From positions 1 to 64,000 of the forward strand of contig JAQGDQ010000817.1 in assembly GCA_030141605.1 (NCBI GenBank): a stretch of DNA of 64,000 bases, given 5' to 3'. The position numbers were made by a program, and so were the translations under genes. Source of the stretch: Tubiluchus corallicola. Its lineage: Eukaryota; Animalia; Priapulida. A model generated the notes under the pieces. The model ran no database searches, had not been told where the DNA came from, and worked only from the letters and a program-made list of their open reading frames with translations. Shown in pieces: positions 12,491 through 26,622 of the stretch (its first letter is position 1; every line of letters starts with the position of its first letter).

Positions 12491-13808
12491 TACCACTGGA
12501 TGGATACCCCTTCAAAGTGCTTACATAGTTTTAATCCTCATGATTGTACCTCAGAATACGTAAGTTCTAAACATGATATAATTCAGATAGGCATGGAATT
12601 CTTTGAGGCTACGAGCATAAGTAAGTGCCAGGCTTGTAAACTCCAGTTTGTTAAAATAATTATATTGTTACTTTGTCGGTGTTAACTAGCCGAGTTGATG
12701 GTTATCATACTATCGTCGGTAAATGGTTTTCATTAAATAGTTGTGACATCGGGATCACGACTTTAAATTGACTGTACTAACTGCACGAGGCGCTTATCGC
12801 GATTTTATTGCTGAAACTTCCTTAACATTGTGTCCTATTGCTCTCATTGATGCACGTCGTGGAATAATTGTAACACAGACTCATTTATACAAAACTTGTC
12901 TATATGCCAAAATAAGCTGTTAAATCGATCGTACTTTATAGTTTTTGTTTATATTGATCGTGGTTGTGTAAAACTAGTGTTGATAATAAGGTTCACATAC
13001 CTGTTGATAATACGAAGCTGTTAAATAGCAGAAATGTGCCCTAGCTGCTTAACGAGGTTAATAATTTTAGCCTGCTGCAATAAAGTTGTTTAAAGCAATT
13101 TATAAGCTCAATAAACTGGGTCAACATTTTGGGTCGACATCAGAAGCTATCTTCGAGAAGCTCCCTGAGTCATAATCTGCTTTTACAGGCCTGTAACAGT
13201 TCCAGGCCAATTTATTCACTAATCTCTAGACAATACAATCTCGTCAAGTTATAAATGTTTTATAAGCACATAGCAGCTTTAATTGGATTAGCTGGAATTT
13301 TTGAATTATATAAATATCATAATGGTCATAACGTGTAGAAGGTAAATAGGATGGAACAAGCCTAAGTGTGCAACAATTCTACCTCCTGATTTCCACAGGG
13401 CATTTAATCCCTATGTATTCCATGCTTAGCCAATTATGCTCTCTGAGGCAAACAAGGTTCCGATCTCACCAGTGGGATGTAATCAGCGCCCAACAATTGT
13501 CACGGCAGAGAATTAGCGCATGTGCCCCGGTGTTGGCTCGACTATTTAAACGAAGTCGTGACGGTAAAGATAATAATTTAAACTGCAGATTTTAGGTGCA
13601 CTTTGCAAACAGAAGGTGTAAAGATGTGAACGAGGAAATGATGCTGTGGATTTCGCCCTTTCATGACATTTTTTCACGACTATCTGCTGCGAACACTTTG
13701 AAAGCACTAATGACATTTCCACCAATTGGAAAGCTCAAAATGGTACAAAATTCCACTCTTATTTAAGACTACAGTTTTTGCTGCTCGGTTTTTGTTATTT
13801 AACTAATT

Positions 13809-15002
13809 ATGTTAAATCACACAGCAAGTGATTGGGTGAATTTAGAGAGACCTGCAGTTATACTGACAGTCCTTATTTACAGCTTTTCAACTATTCTTAT
13901 AATCCCGGGAAACTTGTTAGTGTTGATCGCAGTCAGTAAATATCCAATCTTACAAACCAAAACTAACGCTCTAATTGCCTCGCTGGCCGTAACCGATTTG
14001 GCTGTTGGCTTCTCTTCCCCCATTGAGATTGCAGCATTGTTTGTTCAAGAAGTTTTTGGCGAGACGGTGGTCCTGGTGATAAGGTACAGTTTCATGTACG
14101 GAACGGTAAATGCTAGTGCATTTCACTTATGTATAATAGCCGCTGAAAGATACGTAGCTGTCACGTACCCATTCAAGTACTCAGATATTGTGACCAAAAA
14201 TGCTGTCATTGTGGCACTTTGGTTCACCTGGTTCATCGCCATTGCTGAAGCAATTGCTATCTGTGTCTTGAGAGAGATGTACGGCATGTTCCATTTGATG
14301 TTACCCGACATCATTATAGCCTTCTACTTGCCGATGCTCGTGATCTTTGTGTTGTATGCCTTGATCTGGCGTACAGCACGAAGGCAAGTCCTGCGGATAC
14401 ATAGCCAAGGGCAAGGAGACAAGACAAGCGTGGTTCAGATGAAGGCAACAAAGACCTTAGCCATTGTTACATTTGCTTTTGTGCTCTGCTGGGGTCCAGC
14501 GTATGTATATGAAGCCTGGGGTTTTTGCACAGATTACTACGCTTGGACCTACGAAGCTTCAGTGATTCTATTCGCGGTAGGGTTTGCCAATAGTGCGGTT
14601 AATCCCGTCATATACGCATTCTTAAGCAGAGACTTTAGAGCGAGTTTCAAAAAGCTTTTGTTTATGCAGACATGGATGATGAACAAAGTTGACACCACTA
14701 GAAGACAAGCCTACACCACTGAAGACAACACACCACAAAACACCACCAGAAGACAAACCAATGCCAGTATGGGCAATTCGACACAAAGCACCACCAGTAG
14801 ACAAGAGTACACCACTGAAGATAACGCGACACAAAGCACCACCAGTAGACAAGAGTACACCACTGAAGACAACCCAACACAAACTACCACCAGAAGACGA
14901 ACCAATGCCGGTGTAGACAAAGCGACACAAACCACCAACAGAAGACAAACCAACGCCAGAGAAGACAACATAGAACAACCGACCTTGCATCTCGCGCGCT
15001 GA
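13809..15002 (+). CDS. Rhodopsin-like (class A) orphan GPCR, intronless, with a repetitive Thr-rich C-tail
   Basis: Seven hydrophobic segments, with PGN (TM1), LAVTD (TM2), ERY (TM3), CWGP (TM6), NSAVNPVIY (TM7) and helix-8 DFR. Confidence 0.95.
   Translation: MLNHTASDWVNLERPAVILTVLIYSFSTILIIPGNLLVLIAVSKYPILQTKTNALIASLAVTDLAVGFSSPIEIAALFVQEVFGETVVLVIRYSFMYGTVNASAFHLCIIAAERYVAVTYPFKYSDIVTKNAVIVALWFTWFIAIAEAIAICVLREMYGMFHLMLPDIIIAFYLPMLVIFVLYALIWRTARRQVLRIHSQGQGDKTSVVQMKATKTLAIVTFAFVLCWGPAYVYEAWGFCTDYYAWTYEASVILFAVGFANSAVNPVIYAFLSRDFRASFKKLLFMQTWMMNKVDTTRRQAYTTEDNTPQNTTRRQTNASMGNSTQSTTSRQEYTTEDNATQSTTSRQEYTTEDNPTQTTTRRRTNAGVDKATQTTNRRQTNAREDNIEQPTLHLAR
14694..14981 (+). repeat. Coding tandem repeat, 6 x 48 bp (16 aa)
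   Basis: TTRRQAYTTEDNTPQN / TTRRQTNASMGNSTQS / TTSRQEYTTEDNATQS / TTSRQEYTTEDNPTQT / TTRRRTNAGVDKATQT / TNRRQTNAREDNIEQP. Confidence 0.93.
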
Positions 15003-15018
15003 GGGACAGTAATTCTTT

Positions 15019-15935
15019 CTGCTAAGATATATTCAGTATGGACTTATTTACTGTAGTGGAAGGCCTTTAATAATAAGAAAAAGGCATTGTGTAGAACAAA
15101 TTGGGGCATTTGTAGACGTTGAACAAAAAAATGTAATAGTTTATGCAATAAAATTGAAGCAAACGCTGGATTAATAATAGATTTTAAAACAAGACTGATA
15201 AAACGTACATATCTATTATTCAATGTTGACCTTAATGTATGAAAAAATTTATACTTAAAGTGCTAGACTCATATTTCGTTTCGTGAAAACATTGAGATCA
15301 AAGCAGCTTGTTTTGCATGTGCAAATGTACTGACCGTGAGGTAAAAATTTTGAGCGAAGTTTGTTGACAGAGTACGTTCGTTGACAGTCTCTTTTGCATG
15401 ATTTGTTCCACTAACAATCGATTTGGCTTCACGAAACAGCATTCTTTAGCCGAAGTAAACTAAAATTTGTGAAGAGCACAATATTCAAATTATATAATCA
15501 TTAAAACAGTGGTAGATATTAAAATCTTTATTTATCTTATAATAAACTGAACATCACAAATGTTGAAATATGCCTGTGCAAAGTATCTTTTACACATACA
15601 GTAAAACTAAAATATACTTCATACTAAACAGATCAGTACAATAAAATCATGTTAATGTTAAGATTAGGATACAGCATCTGCTGGGATATATTCAGGACTA
15701 CTAGACTTATTTACTATAGTGGAAGGCATTTCATAATAAAAAAGACACTATATACAGAAGAATTTGGGGCAAGTTGAACAAAGAATGTTATAGTATATTC
15801 AATAAAATTGCAGAAAAAGCTGGATTAATACAAGAATTAAAATAAGACTGATAAAGCATACATATCTAATATTAAATGTTGACCTAAATGTATGTAAAAA
15901 ATTGGGCTTAAAGTGCTAGGCTCATATATTGTTTC
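15019..15935 (+). repeat. Diverged ~260-bp direct duplication downstream of the GPCR (15019-15282 and 15678-15935)
   Basis: Shared blocks include gatatattcag, gacttatttact.tagtggaaggc, aataaaattg, gctggattaata, aagactgataaa, tgttgacct and cttaaagtgctag.ctcatat. Confidence 0.8.
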
Positions 15936-15985
15936 AATACCAAAGTAGTTTTTGCCACAAATTTTTTAGTGCTGTGACTTGCAAA

Positions 15986-16041
15986 GGTTGGGTTAGGGTT
16001 AAGTTTAGGCTTAGGGTTAGGGTTAGGGTTAGGGTAAGGGT
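15986..16041 (+). repeat. Short interstitial (TTAGGG)n-like tract
   Basis: ggttgggttagggttaagtttaggcttagggttagggttagggttagggtaaggg. Confidence 0.8.
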
Positions 16042-17329
16042 ATTTAAATTGTGTGGAGACATGTAAACTCGTTCCAATTTTTATAGTAGTCCGTCTCAGT
16101 GCTGTATTTTTTCATTTATCCGCTGACACGTGTTTTAAAATCAATCAGTTATACTTAACGGACCTTTCAAGAACACAGCTTACCTACCAGAGAGAAAAAA
16201 CAAAGAAAACAAGAAAAAGTGTTGATCTCCTCATTGCTTGCTTTAGTGTGCATCACAATAATATTTGTTACTGACCCTAGAAACTTTCTTGATACATTCT
16301 TGACGGCAAACACGGTAAAAGTCCTGCAAGTTTTAATAGCTCCGCATATTAGCAATTATTGCTGTTGCGTTCGCAGACAGTCTCTCAAGCTGTTCTTAAG
16401 AAATGTACTTGTGTCGGCGAGATTGGTTCTTTGTAAAAGATCAGTAATTAACCATTTCAACACAATACTTCCTGCATTGTTCAGGGAGTTTACGTTTTAG
16501 TGCCTGAATAGAGAAAATGTCAACAAAAGTTTCTTATATTCATGCTACATGTATTTGTATTTGTATTTAAACCTATAATGCAATGGAGAAGTTTCATGAA
16601 AATTGATGAAGTCCCATAGGGAACATTAGGCACTATCACGCAAAAAAGTAGAAGCCGCGTTTTTCTGTATTCCAATAGAATCGATGCAGCTTGTGCGACA
16701 CTAATAGATAATGCTATTTAGTGCTATTTGCTGAAAATTGAACTGCACCAAAATTTTGTGATGCACGGTAGAAATGTACAGAAAAAACGGCACAATGGAA
16801 AAGTAGGAAAAATGGCACATGACAGATAATTTCAAAATAATAAAAAAAATAATTAAAATAATTATAAGCACATGTAATATACAGTAGACGCGGCTTAATT
16901 GGCTTACTTTCGGATGAAGTGTTTTGAAAGTCCGTTAAACATTCTGTCCAAAGCAGGAAGAGCTTGAAAAGGAAACCGCTATCCAAGGGATTAAGCATGT
17001 AGCTTACGTACATTGCAATGGGAATAATCGCAGCTAGACCAGCAGGTAACCGATTCAAAGCGATTCAAGGTGCATAGAATTATTTGTTTACAGTCCCAAC
17101 GAACTTGTAATTGGGTATCAGTTTTAGAAGAATGTTGAGGATGCATCAAGCCTCCTAGCCTCGAAAACGTAGACATAATGAACGTACTATTAACATTCGG
17201 GGATATACTATTGAAGAGGCTTATGAAGCTTCCATTGGATAGCCAACATCTAGTAAAAGAAGACACCACCATGTGTCAAGCCATATTCAGACTATATCGA
17301 CAATATAATTGGTAAATTCTCGGGGTACA

Positions 17330-17850
17330 GAAACATTGGACTCGTGTCAGTGATACCCTCCTGACAAAGCTTGCTTAATACGTCATTTTGCTCTGCTGAA
17401 AGAGAATTTTCTGCGCTACATTATGGGGAAGATAGGCTAAAGCCTTGGTCCACGACCATTGACCAAGACTGAAATTCGCAGATTTCTTGGAATGGTCGGA
17501 TTCAACCGCAGACTCTACGATTGCACTTCAGCATGATAGTAGCCCAACTAATCTCTCTAACTGAAAAATATGCTCCAGTCCAAGCAAGCTGGTCAGATGG
17601 ATGTTCTATCATTTACAAGCTCTTACATCACAACAAGCAACTCATACTAACAACTGATAAGAACTGGCGCTGTCTTGTCTCAAGTCCGTGAAGATGGGTA
17701 GGGCGAAGTGCTGATTATCTACATAAGCCGCAAAATGAACAGAGACGAAACACGATATTCAGTTGTTGAATGTGAGTGTCTGAGCGTACTGTATGCTGTG
17801 GAAATGCTCCGGCACTACCTTGAACTAGTAATGCTGACTATAGCGTTTAC
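17330..17850 (+). mobile_element. Decayed Ty3/Gypsy RT-RNase H fragment
   Basis: TKTEIRRFLGMVGF and IIYISRKMNRDETRYSVVECECLSVLYAVEMLRHYL (RNase H-like), interrupted by stops and frameshifts. Confidence 0.75.
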
Positions 17851-17929
17851 TTATATAGAATGGAAACCACACCTAAATATGGTTTATTCAAAAATTCCTA
17901 ATCAGTCGAGTTAGGGTTAATCAGACTAG

Positions 17930-18410
17930 TTAAACATTGTTTTACTAAAAAACATCTCATCACACTTTAAATTGTCTGTTAATGCCATATTTAACCTACT
18001 GTAATATACTTTGGGGACACACACCTACTCTACATCTCTTCTCAAATTAAACATCCTACAGATTGATAGCTAACCTGAATAAACGCGACCACGTTGGTCT
18101 TAATCTTTTCAAGAAGTATTCTATTCTTGTATTAAATGACATAATTAATTTGAACTCCGTTATTCACATGTCTACAACTAAACACAAACTACTCCCCGCT
18201 TTCTTTTTAAACCTATTATCTATTAATATAAGACATTACACAACAAGATCTAATGAATTTCTTATTAAGTATTGCAGGATTGATGTGGCAAAGCACTTCA
18301 CTAACACTGGCCCTAGACTTTGGAATAATATCGGTGAATACATAAAAAACTCTACATCTATAAATAACTGCAAAAGAAATCTTAGAAATGATTCTTTTCT
18401 AATTATGTAG
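17930..18410 (+). mobile_element. 3' relic of a CR1/L2-group LINE
   Basis: YCNILWG, HYTTRS and GPRLWNNI...STSINN motifs typical of CR1/L2 ORF2 C-termini. Confidence 0.6.
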
Positions 18411-20890
18411 AATAAATCAATTAAACTAGTTCGGCTGCACCTGCCGCGATTCATCATGTTGGCGGCTATGTCGATTTCAATATCACTTCATATAGTTACC
18501 ATCACATCTTTTTTTCTAGTCTGCTTCAACTTTCTTTTTTACTCCTTTACGCCTCCTTTTTCTTTTTATCAATCCGCATTTATTTGGGGCGCAACAAATA
18601 GCTACTTTTTAAGCACCCAATAGGCCACTTGCAACCCGGCACTTTGGGTACGTAATAAAATATGTTATTACTAATACACAAAGTCTTCTTACGTGCTACG
18701 CTGTATTGGTGTTATAGATGCATTTAATAAGAAATCATAATTACGTACAAATTACATACTTGTGTTTGGCAAAATGTAGAAAATATAAAAGGCTTTGCCG
18801 ATAAGCACTTAAGCTATCAGAACTCAAATTTAGTATAGAGAACACAAAGAGAGAATCATAACACAGTAAATTTCTTTGCGGATGCGTTATCAAGAGATTT
18901 CTTCTAGAACGCTTAAACTTCACTTAATTTGCTCAGTATATATTAAAGTGCTTGGTTGGAGATCAATGATTATTGTATGGCGAAAGTGCTTACTGCTTTC
19001 GAATCTGCTTATGAAACATGCTATATTGCTCATGTTTGAATTATAGAACTGCGTGCAGAAAATGTTGTTTTGGGATAACATGCAGAAATGAATACTTTGT
19101 TATTTACTGATCTGCAGTTTTTGTTATACAGTGTAGTCAGATAGTAGGCTAATCCAGCTACTGCAATTTTGTGCCACAGTTGAGCGTAGGGCAGTGGTTT
19201 TTGTTTCTCATGCATTCTTGAAATTCATAAATTTGTGCTCATGAATTTATGAAATTGTGCATTTTTGCCTTTTCAGAAATACTTGTTTTACTCTTTGAAT
19301 TTCTTGTAACATTCTTGTTCGGGTACTTTTCTTTGGTGACAGCTCTAAGTCGGGGGAACTTCCACTTTCCTTTATGTGCAGTATTTTCCGATCAACATAA
19401 AGAAAAACTGCGTCACGTCATCATAAGCTGAGATGTTCACGACACTGGCATCAGAAACAGCGTGATCATTGATAAACATTGCAGGTATCAGGCCTTGCGA
19501 ACTTAGTTGCTTAATAATGGTTATTCTGAGTATTGTAAGTCACTATAAGTTTCTGTGGCCCATTAAAGTCATCCTATTCAGTTCATTGTCGGACTTGAAA
19601 TATTTTTTGCTACTTTTCGTTCAGGCTCGGATTGTGGAATGTGAGAAAGCCAGAATTCGCAATAATATATCCGGTTTTCAGCAGGAAAGGAAGATATTAA
19701 ACAGGCAAAGTTTAATAAGGTTAAGATGCGTGTCCTATTCCTAAAAACACAACAGTAAATCAACCTTTAGTGTTTGAAAAGTTTGCCTTTTACTTCAATT
19801 ACTTGCTATTTATTTATTTGTTTGGTATTTTTTAACTTTCATTTCAATATTTCGTCTATCCACATAAGCATATCATAATCGTCATGACAAGAAAGAAAAT
19901 TTATTTTCCATTATAATCAAATAAAACAAATACAGGGTTAGCAAAACGTTTGTTCCACAATCAGCAACGTAATGGACTATCAAAATTAAGTAAAACAAAT
20001 GCAGTCAAAAATAATAATGCTTAAAATTATGTACACAATAATTTTAATTCCTTAAGCAATTAACTACAAGAAAATGGCAAATTTTAAGTCGACAGTAAGA
20101 ATCCACATGCATGCGCGTTATTCTTTTTCTGCAGGCTATTCCGCAGGCTGTTCCGCAGTAGAAGCGCATCCGTTTACGCATCCTACGTAATCGCCACTTT
20201 AATGTTGTTTGTTAAAATGAGCAACGGTAAATAAATGCTGTTTAAGTCTTTTGTCTTTGTCTTTCTCAAAGCCTGTTAATTATTAAATTAACTCGCCAAC
20301 AGTCGTGCAAAAACAATTATAGGCCCTACATATACTACGTTTTTTTTTTTGAAAGTCACATTTCATAAAATTCACTGCGTTTACGAAATGCAGCATTAAA
20401 GTTCGCGGTGTCAGTAACGATAATTTTTTGGGTGCGCATGATATCATACCAGATATAGGTTTTGTGAAAAGAGAGAACTAACGCGAATAACTCTTAATTA
20501 AGCCGTTTGTTAAACCAGTAAGTTTCTTCTTAGAGCAAGTTTCTTTTTGAGGCTCAATTAACAACTAAGTGATACTATCAGTATCCTATAAATTAATATG
20601 CCTAAGAACGATTAATAGCAAACTGTTTTTGTTTGTCCGCTCTATCAGAAAGCTGTTCGCAATCAAAAGTGACGTGCTGCAAAAACATCCAAAAAATTTT
20701 CCGGGTTCACATACAGCTTGCAAGAATAACTTTCGTTCAGTTGTACGCTCTTGACGTTGCGGTGTCTTTAATTAAAAATTGAGTAATGCATCGTATTCTG
20801 AGAATCTCATCATATTGGCAAAAGCCAGACAATATAAGGCCGGCAAACGATTAAACGTTGATGACCGATGAAAAATCCTTTCGCTAATAT

Positions 20891-21365
20891 TCAGAATGAG
20901 TGTTGGTTATCCAAACATAATCCTTTCAATCGCTCTAAACCTGGAAAATTTTAATAAGTAGAATACGAAAAATAGGAAATAATGGTAATAATTATGTAGA
21001 ATTATGAAGTACCAAATGCTCTTTACAATATAAATGAACAAACAGCTCAACCAATAGCAAACAAACGAAAAAGGAGCAACACACGGGGATATCGCACCTT
21101 TTTCAGGATTACGCTGGTAGTTAATCGTCCAGGCATCAAGCAGTAGGTTGCTATAACTTTTTCTTTCAAAATATTTTAGATATTTATGTGACGTTGGACT
21201 AGGAAAGATGCGCTGGTATGTTCCACGTCGATGATACTCATCTTCTGCTTCTACAAGCTCACGTACATCCGCTGGTGTTAACACATCTAGGATTCTCGAT
21301 GAAATTTCCTGTAACAGACGCAGTTATTATTATTGTTGTTGTTGTTGTTGTCGTCGTCGTCGTCG

Positions 21366-21405
<40 letters not shown>

Positions 21406-24400
21406 TATTATTATTGATATTGTTATTGCTATTGTCATTATCATTATCACTGATGTCACTGTCAAGCAATTTAATTTAGCCTTCTACATTTGTTTTTGTA
21501 TTTTTACAAATATGCATTTCCTTAAAGTGTTTGAAACGAAGCCAGTCTTAGTCATGTGATCTAAGCTTTAGTACTATACGCCACCTATCAATCACACTTG
21601 TTTTTACACGTAGCTAGATTTTCTGTTGCAGCCATGCTGATCATACCGTTTGGTGATACTTGAATTGCTTTGTTTATTTTGCTATAATTTAACAGTCGCT
21701 AATCATAATGTAAAGCCATAGTTGTCACCAGTAAATGTAAGTCTACTTTAATAATTAGTTAATAATTTAAATTCGTTAGAATTGCTCCAAATCTCTGGAA
21801 TCATAAAGTAATAATATGTGTTTCAGTCTTTTTAAATCTAATTTTTCATTTTTGTCTAAATAGTAATAACCTTTAGCACGTTTTTAAGCACTTTTTGTGA
21901 TCCGTTAATTTTAATAAATTGCAGGTCTATCGCACAGTTCAATGCTGATTTTTGCTGTTTCTTTGCCTGGACTGGGCGCATCCACAATTATAATTATTAT
22001 CATTATCATTATCATTATTTATTATTATTTATCTAATTAGAATTTCAAAATTACATAGTTATTATTTGCGAATTATTTCCGGCCATTCATTTAACAAACC
22101 AAATATTATAAGTTTAAGTAATAGCGAGTCACTTATCAGCACAAATAAATTTCGTTTTGAAACAATTTTTGTGAGACAGTTAAATATTTCCAATTTGAAA
22201 GTCTTTTAGCAAATCTTAATTTGATAATAAATAGAAAGGCAAGCGTTCAACTTAATTTCGAAAACATCAATATTAACACCTCGATGTTTCAGCTTGAAGA
22301 CTTTAAGGCATCTATCTTCAGACTATGAAAAACTATCTACCAGGACCTTAAAATTAAAATATTTGCACTAATTTAACAACCAGCAACAGTCACTAAAAAC
22401 CTAGAGAGTAACAACAAACGTGAACACGATGATAAAGGACAAGAAAAATCGGATTACATACCTGGCAGCCAGCTAGCTGACAATTTTGAATATTGACTGT
22501 ACGCAAGAGAGCAAAAATTCTATTGCGCACACAATTTAGTTTGTCATCGTCTAAAAATGGCTAAAGGTCCTCTAGCGGACACATTACGGTTTTCGAACTT
22601 AGGTCGCTTGTCTTTCTATTTATTGCCTATTTTGAGCTTGCGTAGTAAGTAATTTACAAAGCAAGTTCAATGCATTAAAACAACTGTTTCAATCGTGCTT
22701 CTTTCTGTCTTTCTTCTGTGCGCCAGTACCAGAAACAGCCCAAGAGCAAATGCACTGATCGACGTGAATAAATAGAACAAATAAATTGGTCACAGACTAG
22801 TAAGCAAAGGGAAACCAAGACCGAAAAAAATATGCTATGTACATTCCTAATCATAACATAAGGTGACTTTGAATGAAAGACCACATTCGTTTTTCAATTT
22901 AATCAAAGAAACTTTCATTCTGGTGCACTTTTAATGCCTTAGTGAGCTGTATAAAATGACAGATGTAAGCAATTTTTTAACTAATTAAATGCCCAGTTGG
23001 GATAATTAGTAAGCTGTGCAGTAAAGCAAGCAGCGTTCACTCATCGAAGAATTAAATACCTTCTCTGATGCTTTAGTTGTAAAATAAGCTCGCTTTGCAA
23101 TTTCAAACGTTGTTAGATTGGTATCTCGAAAGGACTTTGGCTGAAATGGACCTATAAATATTCCTGGTTGTTCCGTCACGTTCCTAAAAATAATCAGGAC
23201 GGGTTTGGTAAACTAAGAACGAATTTTCAAACTGATCACAGCAACCTCATTATAAGCAATATTTGACAAAGGTTTCCCTGCGAATTTCTCAAGCACTTTA
23301 ATCAAAATCAGGATAGCCAGGTTAACTGCTGGCAGTAACCTTTTATTTTTGTCCAAGCCAAGTTAGCCAACACTTAGCGAGAGTAATTTCTGCGAAACTT
23401 TTTGATCAAGCATTCCGGCATAAAACACACGTGCATAGAACGATACTAAGGAATTCCTGACCTGAAACTAGCCGCATAAAAAAGAGCACTAGGTACTCGG
23501 TATCCTGCCATGTTGAAACAGTCTTCGAGTTGACCTTCAGTTAATAGTGGTTTCGGAAACCTAAACAAATTCACAGTAATATGTTTGTGCTTTCTGGCTA
23601 AGTCTATAGTTATTATTATTATTATTACAAAAAGCTGCAACTACAACTTTCATTCTTGTAATAGTGCTTTTAAGTTCAAACAGTTTTATTGCACAATCTC
23701 TTCAAGAAAATTAATGAAAAGTCAGGTCTGCGTGGATTTAAATCAAAAATTTGTATGGAAACTACAAGTCTGGGAACCGGATCCAAGATTTCGTGACCGA
23801 CCACATCTGGATTCCCAGATTTTTTCTCTGTCAACTGATAATTGTGATAGTAACGACATCAAAAACACTGATTGAAATTTATCCTGTGTCAGGGAAACAG
23901 CAACTCTTTTCATTTTCCATTCGGAGTTCCTTCTACATTTCTTTAACATAAATATGTGTAATCTTTATATCTATATAAAAATTCAGAAATGTTAAAAATG
24001 CGCATCTGTATTTCATCAGTGCATAAAAGAGTGTGAAAATGACAAATGCGATGAGTGCAAAGCTAACACTACATATACAGTGACATTAACATTTACTACA
24101 TACAGATACTAAACAAATTATTTTAAATTATTTTCGTTCTACGTTTCTTGAACAAGACGGTTATAACCGATATTAACTTTTATGGATAGAAGATCAATGA
24201 AATTAACAGAACTGCAATTAGCCTGGTTAAGTATTTGTAGTCACTATGGTTATTACAATAAACAATTATCGTTAGTGCAGTAGGCCTACTTACAAATACT
24301 TCTGTTTTTGTTGCCATTGAACGTTAAACCCTGTAAATAAAATTTCTTATTCGCATCACGAACGTTTTATTTGAATAGGCCGCTTACCCAGGCATGACGT

Positions 24401-26426
24401 TGACTTCTAGTAACCATGGTTTCAGTTTGTGATCCAATATGACATCATAACCGTATACTTCATGAAACGAATGAGCATTTTTCCCCAAGGAATTCAGTGC
24501 ATGGTACATGCCGGCTACACCACTGCAATGTTGTACTGTGTAATATGAACTTATGAAGTATATGTTGCTCTACACGAGGAAATTTTTATTATACACTGCT
24601 ACACAATGACAAGTCTAAAATCCACATAAATGAGACACTTTGCAGCGGTGCCTTAGCCAGTTATATAATCATTGGGCTAAAGTTATAATTATCAATCATT
24701 CCTGAATAACAGTGATTAAATAAAAGTTCAGTGGAGCGTGACTGATGGCGAAACTAGTTACTTTGTGGATCAATTTGTCCTTGATAGAAAACCACCATAG
24801 CCTAGAGAAATTTTTATTGAATAACAGTAAATAAGGTGTTCCATCATTAGGGAAGTAGTAGTTAGTGTTGCTTCACTGTTGCCACCAAACTACGCTGGTA
24901 TAGCCCGTCAAAAAAGATCTAGCTTTGTAAGTAGATTTAACGTTCCTCTTCGATGTGACCATTTTGATTTATTTACCTGATGAACTGCTTTACGATCATG
25001 TCTTGAAAATTTCTCCAAATGCGATTCGTGTCAACACCACTTTCTTCTAGTAAATGCCAAAGTGACTGTAAAGACCTGGAAAGAAAAAAAGTCTGATTAA
25101 CAAATTCAATCAAAAGAACATTCTCGTAAAAATACATTTGCAACTATTACGCCAGCTAATTCCAAAAAACGCCTCATTATATAAGGTCACATGAAGTAGA
25201 CAAAATGGAAAATTACTCATCGGTCACATTAAAAAAACGACAAATGATTTAATATTGATAATAAAAGCTCTACCATATACCATTATTGAATCTGGAATCA
25301 TATCCCGTTTCCGTTTCTATGCCGTTTCCCTTTTCGAATATTCTATTCCTTAGGCTATAGAGATTTAATGTATTTTAATTAGCTTATGTTCTAGGGCTTT
25401 GTATTTATGTTGAGAAATAGTCTTTACAAACTAATGTTCTTTGTATTACAAACCGACGTTAAATAAAGTAAACTGTCACTGTAACGTTTAAGTACACTAT
25501 GTACATGCGTCTGTAGGTGTTACAAATTCAGTAAACCTGCATGATGCCATAAAATTGTGCTTTAGGTCTTACTCAGCTTCGGTTATATAGGCAGGTATAA
25601 TAAGACCTGCTTATTGTACACTGCATTACATTTTAAGCTTTTCTAGCTCAGCTAGTTTGTCTTGTTTCTATTCTTTATGCAACTCATTATAGGGTGTGAG
25701 TGATGAGTCGGTTTTTATACATGTTTATCGCATAACCTTCTTATTTGGTTTGCGTTTAGGAAAACTTTTTACCATTTGTGTGCAGTTTCTCCATAATCCA
25801 CAAATCTTTTAGAATAGTCTGGATGCTTATCATTAATATAGACGTTTGTCAAGTGTGTAAAACTATCTGCTTGTGCGGCGGGTTTATTAGAGTACCTACA
25901 AAAATAAAGTTATGTTCAAATAATGAAAATCATAACTTCTAGACGGTTTCGTCAGGTAACATAAAATTGAAAAATTAAACAAGTCTGCTTAGTAAACATT
26001 TTTGTTGACTTTCTTTGATCTGTCTTTTCTACTAACCAAGTTAAATAAGGTGCTGAAAATATTTTGTTCAAAGTTTTGAGTGTTTTGGGGGTATAAAATC
26101 AATAGTAGTTTCATTTATAGCCTAAGAAATCTAAACGAAATTAGCCTATAACATAACACACCTCTGCTAGCAGTGACGTATGACAGTTGCCCACCTAGTG
26201 CCATAGATTTTGTGCTATCTCAGTGCTGTTAGGTTTCCAAATACTATCCGAAAAACCAGGCTAGTATTTCGGATATTCAAAAGGAGGACTGCATAGCAAC
26301 AATAAGCCCTTTTAAATTGCTCTATATATATATAATATACGATATATATTATATATAAGGGCGAGGCGATAAATATCCAATCTTTTTGCATTTCCTACTT
26401 TCGACGTTTGGTAAGATACTAACATT

Positions 26427-26519
<93 letters not shown>

Positions 26520-26544
26520 TATCTATACATATATATATATATAC

Positions 26545-26622
<78 letters not shown>

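Noticed and set aside
14622-14990. Several antisense hydrophobic ORFs over the GPCR tail
   Set aside because: By-products of the stop-poor 48-bp repeat.
15986-16041. Telomere or chromosome-fusion site
   Set aside because: Only a few degenerate units in one orientation, embedded in interspersed-repeat context.
21218-21559. Poly-V/I, poly-M/T and poly-D/N ORFs
   Set aside because: These are translations of a compound microsatellite in an intron.
24294-24330. Extra TTLL microexon bounded by AG and GTAAGT
   Set aside because: In the required phase 2 it reads GGG GTT TAA, a stop.
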